Shown one piece after another: positions 1-15,000 of a stretch of DNA of 64,000 nt (its first letter is position 1; each line of letters begins with the position of its first letter). The DNA is from Piromyces finnis finn (taxonomy: Eukaryota; Fungi; Neocallimastigomycota), in contig MCFH01000003.1 of NCBI GenBank assembly GCA_002104945.1, forward strand, positions 496,001 to 560,000, written 5' to 3'. The position numbers were made by a program, and so were the translations under genes. The notes beneath the pieces were generated by a model. The model saw only the letters and a list, made by a program, of their open reading frames with translations. It made no database searches and had not been told where the DNA came from.

Positions 1-1279
1 CTTCTGCTTCAATACGATCACCTAATTTTGTACCTGTACCGTGACCTTCCATATAGTCAATGTCACTTGGATTAACACCAGCCTTTTTTAAAACTTGTTT
101 ATGAATATTGGTTTGACCAATAACAGTTGGAGAACTCATAGAAGCTCTAGAACCACTTTGACCAACAGCAGCAGCATTAATTAAACCATAAATTTTGTTG
201 TGATCACGAATAGCATCATCTTTTCTCTTTAAAATGATAGTGACACAACCTTCACCAGGAACATAACCATCAGCAGCTTCATCATAAGCAGCACATCTAC
301 AGTTTCTTGAGACCATCTTTGCGACAGATAAAAGACTGAAACCGGAGCTCATGAATGGACAGTGAGCGGCATTAACAATAGCAAGATCAGTTTCACCAAG
401 GTTTAAGTCCTTGACGGCATCATGAGTAGCAACTAAACCGGAAGAACAAGCAGTATCAACGGTGTGGGCAGCACCAAGTAAATTATACATGAAACTGATT
501 CTACCAGGTAAAGAAGCAGCAGCACAACTATGCATACTCATACCATTAAGAACACTGAAGCCAGTATCAGAAGCAAGAATAGCATATCTATTCATTTCAT
601 CGACTTGACCTGGAGCAGTGTATACACTAGTATTAGTTCCAGAAAGGACATCTGGATCAATACCTGCATCTTGGAAGGCTTCATAAGTAGTTTCTAAAAC
701 CCAACGGAACTTTGGATCAAGAGCAGAGGCTTCATTTGGGTTCATGTTGAAGAACATTGGATCAAAGTCAGAAATTGGGGCAGCATCTGGGGTAGAATCA
801 TAACGACCATAGTTGTAAATATAATGTTCTCCTGGCTTTAAGTTTTCTTCTTTAGACATGTAGTGGTGAAGGTGACGATTTGTACCAATTGGTGAGATAC
901 AGAATCTACCATCAACTAAGCTATTCCAGTATTTGTCAACAGTATTTATACCTCCTGGAAGTCTTAACGCAATACCAACAACAGCAATTTGAACTTGATT
1001 TTGGTATTCTGGATTAACACTTGGTTTTTGAACCATTTGATTCATTGTCATTAAAAGTTGACTAAGAAGTTCTAATGAAGATTGTTGGAAAAATGGGCTT
1101 AAGTCAATAGAAGTGGTAGGGGCAATACCAACAACTTGACAAAGTTGATTTTGGAAATCAGAAAAATCTTGGGCTTTTAAACCTAAGCTAACAACAGTTT
1201 CATTAGAAGCTTGAATATCTTTTAATTCCTTAAGATTTGGAACAAAGTTTTGTAATTGATTATAAATTATGCTAATCAT
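1..1279 (-). CDS. Type I polyketide synthase, 5' portion (N-terminal ACP-like segment plus ketosynthase domain); runs off the left edge
   Basis: Hand translation from ATG 1279 is open to base 1 (426 codons). KS motifs: IAVVGIALRLPGG, FDPMFFNMNPNEASALDP, active-site DTACSS (440-457), GYVPGEG, EGHGTGTKLGDRIE (47-49 onward). No intron in this part. Confidence 0.95.
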   Translation of the reverse strand, partial: MISIIYNQLQNFVPNLKELKDIQASNETVVSLGLKAQDFSDFQNQLCQVVGIAPTTSIDLSPFFQQSSLELLSQLLMTMNQMVQKPSVNPEYQNQVQIAVVGIALRLPGGINTVDKYWNSLVDGRFCISPIGTNRHLHHYMSKEENLKPGEHYIYNYGRYDSTPDAAPISDFDPMFFNMNPNEASALDPKFRWVLETTYEAFQDAGIDPDVLSGTNTSVYTAPGQVDEMNRYAILASDTGFSVLNGMSMHSCAAASLPGRISFMYNLLGAAHTVDTACSSGLVATHDAVKDLNLGETDLAIVNAAHCPFMSSGFSLLSVAKMVSRNCRCAAYDEAADGYVPGEGCVTIILKRKDDAIRDHNKIYGLINAAAVGQSGSRASMSSPTVIGQTNIHKQVLKKAGVNPSDIDYMEGHGTGTKLGDRIEAE

Positions 1280-4200
1280 TTTTATTTTATTTAATTATAT
1301 AAAATAACGCTTTTAAAATATATAGCTTTTTAATTTAAAATCTTTATTTATTAATTAAAATGGTTAATTTAGTTAGAATAAATGTAGTTTTTAAATTATT
1401 TATTTAATTGTTATTCTTATTATTTATATTATAAAACTTACTTAAGTATATGTACGTTTATAATAGTTTTAAAATAATATCTTTTTCAATTTTAATAAAT
1501 ATTCTAATAAATATTAATAAATATTTATATATCTAGTCTTTTAAATTTTACTGTATTTTATTAAATTAGTTTTTTCCTTAATATTTACAATAAAAAAGGG
1601 ATAATGAACCTAGTAAAATATATAATATATATTAAAGAAAAGGAAAATTAATTAAAAACAGTTATATTATTATTCTATTATTATTATTCAATTTTTTTTC
1701 TCAATATCATGTTTTTATTATAAAATAATATATAAAAAAAGAAAAAATTTTTTTTTTTTTTTTTTTACAAATGAATAATATTATCAATTGTTATCTATAT
1801 TTTAATAATAACTTTTCTAAAAAACTTGACTTTTTTGATATTACTATTTTTATATTATTTCTATTCATTAATTATTAAAAAATAAATACTAATATCATAG
1901 TTTCTAACTTTTTTACTATAAAATATGAAAATAAAAAAGGTTGATAAAATATATTATTGTTTATCTATTTTTTTATCTATTTTCTTTAAATTCACTTTTT
2001 AAGAATTACCTTTCTTAAATGTTGTATTCTAAAAAGTTACTTTTTATATTTTTTATTTTCTTTGTTTTTTAGTAATATATATATAGATAAAAGTCAATAT
2101 ATATATATATACTACATAAAAATAAACAATAATAACATATTATAAAAAAAAAAAAGAGTTAGTTATTTGTTTTTGATATATTATATCATATATTAACTAT
2201 TAAAGTTCTTTTCATATTAAATATTTATATCAATTTTTTTCTTTTTTTTTCTGCAGTAATAAAAAAGAAATACATAATGGATAATTATCAAAAGTTGTAA
2301 AACTAATGTACTACTAATAATAACACCTATTACTAAATATTATACTGTTTATTTTCTATTTTTTTATTTATTGTTCTTTTGCTATCTTTATTATTTAACC
2401 TCTTAAAAATAATTCTTTATATAAAATTTTATAGTTAAAAGAAATATATTATTTATATGTTTTAATAGTTTAATTACTTTAATGCTTGTTTCTTAAAAGT
2501 ATTTATTAATAAATAAATATTGTTGTATTTCTATACTATTATATATATTACTTTTATTTATTAAATATTTAAAAAAAAAGTAGAAGTAAAGTAAAGAAAA
2601 GAAAAAAAAAAATTTTTAAAAAATCTTTTTATATATTTTTATTAGTAATTTTAATTAATTATTTTATTCCATTTTTACTAAAGGTTAATTATAAATTAAT
2701 ATATTGAAGTATAAAATAAATCATATATTATTTAATATATTTCATAATTACGTTTCATCCATTATACAAAAGTAAATAAGAAAATTAACATCATCTAAAA
2801 ATTAATATATTTAATATATAAAATTTAATATAATAACATATATTCATTTACATTTATATTAAAATAGCAATAAAAATTAATGATGAAGTAATCATTATAC
2901 TAGTGAAAAAAAAAAGTCTAGAAAGTAAATAAAGTGGGTTTTTATCAAAGTCTCTATATAATTCATGATATTTATAATCAATATGTAATAGGCTTGTATA
3001 TCATAATAGAATTACTTTTATTAATCTAATGTTATACTTTTCTTTTTTTAAAAGAAATTAACTTTTATGAAATAGCAAAGTAAAAGTATGGCATATATGA
3101 AAGAAATGCCTTTATTTATTGGTCTTTTATTGAATATTGAATATAAAATATTTTTTCATTATGCTTTTATTGAAATATTATAAAAACAAATATCTATTCT
3201 AATTTATTATTAATACTTTTTATAATAATGCATGCTAACAAAAGTATCATTAACATAATAATTTTTAATATCTTTTAATATTATACTCTCATTTTTTTTT
3301 TACTTATGCCATTATTATAATGATATATACTTTTAATTAAACTTTTTTTGTCATTCATTCATCATCATAACACTAATAATAGTAATGATGACGATGACAT
3401 TATTTTCATTTCCTAACATTTTACCTATCTGCTTCTATCTACTTTACCTAAAAAATTTTTAAGGTTCATAATAAAATTATACTTTTTATATTTATTAAGA
3501 TTTATCGACCATTACATAAAATAATAATAAATTAGGTTTATTAAAAAATTAATTTTAAATTAATATAATATTACAAAATAAAATAAGCTTTATAAAGTTT
3601 TTCAAAACTTCGATTCAAAACAAAAGCAACAGTAAATAAATAAATAAATAAATAATAAATAAATAATAAAATAGAAATGTTTATTTATTATGATCCATTT
3701 TAACAAAATGAATTCAACATATTTATTTTTTTTTTGTATGAATGATATCAAAAAGTATTCAACATTAAATGTGTTCAATTATATATTGCTTTTAATAATT
3801 TGAAACATTTTTTTTCTGAAATAATATTGTTATTTAATAAGGTAGAAGTTATAAATTTTTAGATACACACATTTTACTTTTTAATTATTAATTAATAAAA
3901 AAATTTTATTTATTTAATATAAATATTCCTGTATTACCCATATAAATAGAGCTCTTTTTTTAAAAAAAAAAATAAAAAATAAAAAAACAAACTAAATAAT
4001 ATAAATATGGTTTATTTTGTTTTAGAATAAATGGAAAAATTGACATCAAAAACATGGTTATATAATAAAATATTTCATATCAAAAAGGAAAGAAGTTTTT
4101 TTTAGTAGATATAATAAATGCTTATTTTCATAAAATATAAAACTATGCATAATTATTTCATCATTGATTTTCTTTTTTAAAACTGGTCTATTTTCATAGG

Positions 4201-6767
4201 TTATAAAAAAAAACCAGAACTTGTTACAGAAAATCAAATTAAATATATTTATTATATGGATTATATATATTTAATTAATTTTGAATTTTATCATTTAATA
4301 ATTTCGTTTCTATTTAATTTCTGTAATTTATTTTTTTAAAAATGAAAAGAAAAGAAAATAAACCTTATTTAATATAATTTGTAATTATTTCTAACAAAAA
4401 ATAATCCACAAGATAAATATATAAATTAAATTAAATAGAATATAATTTTATTAATTTTATTTCATGGTAATATGGTAATAGTTAATCAATTAAATTTTTC
4501 ATATGAATCTTAAACTTTTTTTATTTTGTTTTTATATTACTTTGTAACACATTAAGTCATAAAGTATTGGTTCAAATTTATATTATCTAATTATTTCTTA
4601 TTTTATTAAAAAAAAATATTAAATTTAATTTTATATAAAAAAAAGTAGCAATGATAAAAATAGAGTTATCAATAGGAAAACACAAAAGAGAAATATTATA
4701 TCATCATAGGTCTTATTTCAATAAGTAGATTCAGAAAAAATATTAATAGTAGAGAAAGAAATTTTCATATAAATATAGAATTTATATGTAGTGAGAACAT
4801 TGAACATTTTATAATTATGTTGAATTATTAAATTTAATTTAATTGTTGGACCAATGATATTAAAATATATAAGAAATAAATAAAATGGAAAATTTTTTTT
4901 TGATCTTTTTTTGTAACCATTTTAATAAATCAAAATTGTTTTTTTTTTTAAAAAAAAAAAGAAAATTAAAAAAACAACTTTAGATTGATTTCTACATCAA
5001 AGTTATATTATAATTATACATATAACGTATGTATTACTACTATTTTATTTATTAAAATAGCATAAAAGTTCAAAATATAATAAAAGAATGCTATTACTAA
5101 TTTTTAAATATGAAACTATTTCTTTTGTGATGTATAAATAATTATAATTAAAATGTTTTAAATAAAATATTTTAATTTAAATATTAAATTAAATAGAATA
5201 ACAAAAAAATAAAGTTTTTGCTTAATTTTTCTAATTTAATTAAATTGAATACAAAAAATTAAAAAAGAAATATTTATATGCAAGCAATGTAAATATAAAA
5301 TCATAAAAAAATAGAGATTTACTTTTACATATCATGAAACTAATTTTATAGGAATTAAAATCATGAAAGTCATTTAAATAATTTAGGTAATTCAAAATTA
5401 AAAAGAGTAGATGATTTAAAAAATCATGAATTAGTAAAGAAGCTTATTTTTTTATTTTGCATTCATGAAAGCACTTAGTTTAAAAAAAAAAAAAACATAA
5501 ATGCATGCAAAAATTATATGATAAATAATATATTATATGAAATTAATAAATATATTACAATTTACTGTAAATGAAAAGGTTTCATATTAAATAAAACTAA
5601 AATATATAAAGTAAGAAAAGGAGTAAGTTATTTTAGGTACAATTAAATTAAAACTTTATATACTATTTATTTTTTTTTCTAAAGGTATAAATTAGGCAAA
5701 ATTGAAAAAAATTTTTCTGAAACATAATCAAGTTTATTCTAAAAAAGAAACTGATAAATACTTTAATTTATATTATTTAATACATTTATAAATTAAAAAA
5801 TAAACTTAAAATATGTTTTTTTTTTTTTTTATTTTTGTTTTTTTCTAAATACAGTAATACTTAATATATTAATGTAAACATCATTAATTGATGTAATTAT
5901 TATATAACAATCCAATGGATTAGGTATATTTTATAATTTTTTGAAAAAGAGAAACCTAACCATAACTATATATAATATCGAATAATAAAAAAAAAGTATT
6001 ACAATGAACCAGTATATATTTTATCAAAAAAATTAACGATACTTTTAATATAGTGTAATAAAATAATAAAATATGAATAGAATGTTTTGTACTGTACTCT
6101 TGGTTTAATATTTCTATTTTTTAATCTTAGATACTATTGATTATTTTTATTTAATCCCAAATACTATTTAATAGTCTTTTAGTTTGATTTATATATTTTT
6201 ATTTATACTTTTCATTATATATGTATTAGTCTTTATATTCAATGATCTAACAACTACTCAATAAAAAAAATAAAAAAAAAGGGCTTAATTAATTGATATT
6301 AACTATATTTATACATAAATGAATGAGTATCTAATAATACATTCAATAGTATTCAATTAGAAAGCAGAATCACAACCAACACACTAATAATAAAAAGCTT
6401 AGCATTCCATAGTATATCTGAAACATAAAAAAAATATTTATTTATTTAAACTGAATAAAGTTATATATATATATATATATAAATAAATAAGCGCATATAT
6501 ATAACGTGCTATATATATAATTAAAATTAGAAATATAATAAACAAACAAACCAAATATATAAACAGTAAATAAATAGATATAAAAATAAATATATTGTAA
6601 TATATTTAAATAGTTTAATGATATTAATTAAAGTTGTCGAGAAAATCCTAGATAGGAATAATCTATTATATATTATTATAAATATGAATATTAATACATA
6701 CTTTTTTTTTTAGTAAATTATTCGTTACTTAAGAAATATAAATAATAAATATTAAAATGACTAACGA

Positions 6768-9731
<2,964 letters not shown>

Positions 9732-10496
9732 GAAGTATATCATATTCACTTTTTTGTTTTGCTTTCCCTGCCATATTACTTTTCTAATTATTATTCTTAC
9801 TATTTCAATTTACTTATACTATTATATTATTTTTTATTATATCATTTATTCTTTTGGTCTTGGTTTTATATATTGTATTGAAATAATAGAGAGGAAAACT
9901 TTTTTTTTATAAATAATTTAAAGTAGCTTAATATTTATTGATAGAGAATATTTGTTACTCTATATTTATTTATGAAGGATTTCGAAGCTTAGTCAATCAT
10001 TAAAATTTACTTTATATATTGATTAAAATAGATAATAGAAAATAGTATTAAAGTTCTTTTTTTTTTTTTTTTTAAAGGCTTTTTTTTTAATATTTTTTAT
10101 TATAATTTTTGAAAATAATTGTCCATATAAATTAAATTAATAAATTAACAGTTAATTTTAACATATATTAAATATATATTTATATAAATATATCCATTTT
10201 TAAAAAATCATTTTTTTTATAAAATTTTATTTTATATAAATATAATTAGATAAAATAAAATTTAAAAAAAAATTAAGTTCATTATATAGAACAAAGAGCA
10301 ATTTTTAATGTCAACGTTTAAATAGATATTTTAAAATAATAATAGTTTTATATTTATTAAATAGATTAATTTAAAAAAAGAAAACATTTAATTTTAAATA
10401 TCCTTATTATTACAACACTGAAGCAACAACAACAACAACAATAATAATAATAAAATCGTTAGTAGTGACAAAGTACAACTAAACTATTTATGCAAA

Positions 10497-11117
10497 ATGA
10501 GTAAAGAAATTTGGATTATTCGTCATGGACAAAGTTTAGCTAATAACGGTCAAAAAACATCAATCCCTTCTACAATACCTTTATCCGAATTAGGCCATCA
10601 ACAGGCCGAAAATTTGACCACTCAAGTAATTAATAGACCTGATTTAATTATTGTTTCACCTTATTTAAGAACTCAAGAAACCTCACAACCTGTACGTAAT
10701 AAATTTAAAGATGTACCTGTTGAGACATGGCCAATTCAAGAGTTTACATATATAGAACCCTCCAGGTGTATTAATACTACCACAGAGGAACGCCGTCCAT
10801 TAGTTTTAGAGTATTGGAAAAGAAAAGATCCTTATTATAAAGATGGTGAAAATGCAGAATCTTTTGCAATGCTCTATGAACGCGTTCGTTCTATGTTTAA
10901 AAAATTGAACCAACTAAATAAAGAAAACTATAAATTTATTGTAATATTTTGTCATGGTCAATTCATGAAAGCTGCTCAAGTCTATGTAAGTAATCCAAAG
11001 TCAACTATTGAGGAAGCCATGGACCATTTTATTGATAAAAATTTAAATAATGAGATAAAAAATACACAAATTGATAAATATTCTATTGTTGATAGTGAGA
11101 TTATGAAAATAAATTAA
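10497..11117 (+). CDS. Histidine phosphatase (phosphoglycerate mutase-like) family protein, intronless
   Basis: 206-aa ORF with RHGQS phospho-His motif, LSELGHQQA, SPYLRTQET, AESF and a second His in CHG. Confidence 0.92.
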   Translation: MSKEIWIIRHGQSLANNGQKTSIPSTIPLSELGHQQAENLTTQVINRPDLIIVSPYLRTQETSQPVRNKFKDVPVETWPIQEFTYIEPSRCINTTTEERRPLVLEYWKRKDPYYKDGENAESFAMLYERVRSMFKKLNQLNKENYKFIVIFCHGQFMKAAQVYVSNPKSTIEEAMDHFIDKNLNNEIKNTQIDKYSIVDSEIMKIN

Positions 11118-12063
11118 TTCCAAATTTTATAATTTTATTTATATTTTGTTTATTAAATGTAATTTCAACATTTTATTTATATTGTAAAAAGAATATTGAA
11201 ATATAAATATTCATTTTATTAAAAACCATATATTTAGTTTTTTTAATATAGATGAAATACGCATAATTATATTGTCATTTTAACTTTTATAAACTGACAT
11301 TGTTTATATTATTGTTATTATCCTAATAAATAATAAATAGTAGTATAACCCTTACTTTATATAATAAAAATTTTCCAATATTTATGAAATATAATTTATA
11401 ATTTTTTTTATTATTTATATAATTAAACTTTTATTACATTTTTATATATATAAATTTTAAAATGATTGGTCGGTTTCAAAAAATCTTTAATTCAATTTTT
11501 TTTTTTTTTTAAAGATTATTTTAAAGATTATTTTTCAATTTACGAATTTTAATAATAAAAAAAAACTATAAAGGTTTATTTTATATTGAGAAATATAAAA
11601 TTTAAAGTCTTTATAAAGTTTTGATAGATTAATATAAAATGATTATTTAGTTGTTATTAATTTATTCATATATAATTATAAAACCATTAATTTATTTATC
11701 TTAATTTATTTTAATTTATTTTTTTCATCTTATACTTCATTTGTTAGATTTTATTTAATTTAATATAGAGATTTCATCACATTTCATCACATTATTATTT
11801 AAGAGAAAAGTATATCAATGTAAATATTTTATTTAATATCTTTATAATTTCCATTATAATAAAATAATGAATGATTTTTTAATAATGCTTTAAGAAAATT
11901 AAATTACTAACTACTAAATATTTTATATCTTCTATTTCTATCTCATATCATAATTGAAATATTATATAATATTAACAACAATTTTTTTTTCTTAAAAAAT
12001 GTTCACAATATATGAAAACCAAAAAAATAAAATAGTTATTAAAAAGTATAAATATTAATCAAA

Positions 12064-15000
12064 ATGTCTTCAATAGCTTCTCAATTACAAAAAATTAGAA
12101 AATCAAAAGGAGTTGAAAAACTCCAAATCAAATATAAAGATTCTTATCTTTTTGATAATAAAGTAGCAGCTGATTATGATTTAGATACTATATATTCAAT
12201 TGGTAAATCAGGTTTAGAATCTTTAAAGCAATATGAAAAACGTTTTGCTAATTATGAAAAAACATTATTTTCATTGACAATGAAGAATATTAATAGACTT
12301 CAACAAACTAATGCAGAAAATGAAAAATTAGATGATAGTATTAATATGTTTTTAAGACTTCTCTCACCACACTTTTTAGATAATGCTGCTGGAAAAGCTT
12401 TAGAATGGCTTATTCGTAGATATAAGATTAACATTTATAATATTGAAGGTATTATGGAATGTATTTTACCATACCATGAAACTCCTCAATTTCTTAACAT
12501 GGTTTCAATTTTAAAACTTGAAGAAGAAAGTACTTGGTATTTCTTAAAGGCATTAAAGGCTCCATTAGACAGAAAAACTTTAGTTCAACGTTGTATTAAG
12601 GATCGTGCTGTCATTCAAAAATTATATAAAATGGTTCATAATTCCATTAGAAATCAAATTAAAAATACTACTCTTTGGATTACTAACACTTTAGTTACTA
12701 TTCAATATTTACAAGCTTTACCTGAAATTCAAAGTGATATTTTAACTTTTATGCTTCCAGGTCTTATTGAATGTGCTAAAACTAAAAAGCATCAAGACTT
12801 ACAACTTTCTGCTTATATGATTATTTGTCAAATTTGTAATCTTTCTAACCTTACTATGAATGCCTTAAGTGGTTTAATGGAAGTTATTGCTAGATATACT
12901 ACACCAGAATTAACTAGTCAATCCCTTATGACTTTAATTCGTATTTTCCAATCTCAAGAAGTTATTACTTCCTTCCCAAAATCTACTTTTGAATATGTTT
13001 CCAAATTTAAGCAATTAGAAGAACATTTAGATACTATTGCTGAACAATATAATACTGAAAAATTTGTTAAACTCTTTATTAATTGTTTAATTGAAAATGC
13101 TAATGAAAAGCAACATTTATCCTTTTTATTTAAAAAAGTAGTTTCAAGTGAAAAAACTATTACTGAAGGTATAAAGTCCGAATTCTGTAATACCTTACTT
13201 AAACAAGTTATTTCCTTAAATCATGAAAAGCAAGAACTTTCTGATAATTACAAGAATATGATTAGCTTTATTCAAGCTCGCTTTTCTTCTGAACTTCATG
13301 CTGCTATTCAATCCATGTTTGCTTCATTATCTGAAGACGATAAGAAGATATTATTCGATATGTCCACAATTATCTTCAAGGGAACTCAATACCAATTTAT
13401 TAAGGACGATAATACCAGTATTTTCATTGGTCTTCAAAGTCCAGAAATTTCTATCCGTATTATGGCTTTAGATAAATTAATTAAGATCATTAATTCAAAA
13501 CAAGCTAATAAACCATTAGAGTATATTGAAGAAGTTATTATTGATACTTTACATAATGATGAAGATGCTATGGTTAGTAAAGTATTAGACATTCCAAATA
13601 TTTCCAAATATGTTGAAAAGAATAAGTTAAATAAGGCCCTTTCAAATGTAATTTTCTCTACTAAGCTTTCTATCAAAAATAAGGTTAAGGCTGTTTCCCT
13701 CTTTTCTGGAATTGATAAGAATATTGAAAATTTACTTTTCTCATTCCTTTTATACACCTATAAGACTTGTGATTTAATTGACAGTTCACTTGCTATTCTT
13801 TCTTCAAACCCAGGTACCAAGGCTATAGTTAAAGACGTTAGTAATGTTTTAGCCGATAAGGCCAAGTCTAAAAAGCAAAAGATTACCAGTCCAGAAGTAA
13901 TTACTGAAATTGTTAACAAATTAGCTGACAATATGATAGAACAAAATTTATTAGAAGAAAAATTACCAGAATTCGTTGAAGTTCTCAACAAAAATGAATC
14001 CAAGAACTTATCCGTTTTAATATTACTTATTGTAAGTCGTATTATTTATAAGTTAAAGGATAACGCCGCCTCTCAATATAAGGTTATCCTTCAATTCCAA
14101 GATGTTATTCTTTCTTTTGCTGATGAATGTAGTGACAACAAATTGAATGAAAAATACTTTGCAATCAATGATGGTGCTATTTCTTCCTCATTTGGTCAAG
14201 ATATTTTAAAGGATGAAGCCAAGAACTCCAAAACTTTTGCTTATGCTGTTTTATACACTATTAATATGATCATTACTTATATGACCAAAGCTACTGATAA
14301 GGATGCTATTTCATGGTTAGGCATTGAAAGTGATATGACTGAAAATGGTAACCAAGCCAAAACCATTATTACAAAGCTTTTCTTATTCTTCTTCTCTGGT
14401 AAAATGTACATTAACCATCAAACTATGATTACAAAGATGTTCAACGAACATATTGGTGATGATTCCATTCCATGTGCTTGTTCATTCTGGATTAAGGGTG
14501 ACTTTAATGTCGTTACTCGTCTTTCTAGTTTATTCATGACTGGTTCATGCATTAGCTCTTACGGTAATGCTAAACCATTAGATTTCCAATTAGTTGTTCC
14601 AAATCTTTTAATAACTTTAATGAACAAGAATAAGGAAATCCGTCAATCTGGTCTTCAATGTTTTAAAGCAATTCAAGATAATTATTCAAAATTAAAGGAA
14701 GATCCAAAGGGATGGAAGGTTATGAGCTCAGATAAGATTTTCAAATATGATGTATTCTATGGTAGTAGTTCCTCAGAACTCAAATATTTAGAATCTGAAG
14801 ATATCTCTGGTTTTGTTGATGATATCTTAAAGCATCAAAGTGAATTTATTGCTGATGTTAATTATGTTGAAGCTTATATTACTGATGCTCTTCAAAAGAG
14901 CAACAATGATAATCGTTCTAAGGCTAAGGTCAAGAACTCCTTATTAGAATTTTTATTAACAAATATTCTTGTTGTTAATTCTGTTTATGCCAAGGTTAAA

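Noticed and set aside
2277-2300. ATG GAT AAT TAT CAA AAG TTG (MDNYQKL), resembling a CDK1 N-terminus
   Set aside because: Immediate TAA, and no downstream exons encoding GEGTYG or PSTAIRE; coincidental.
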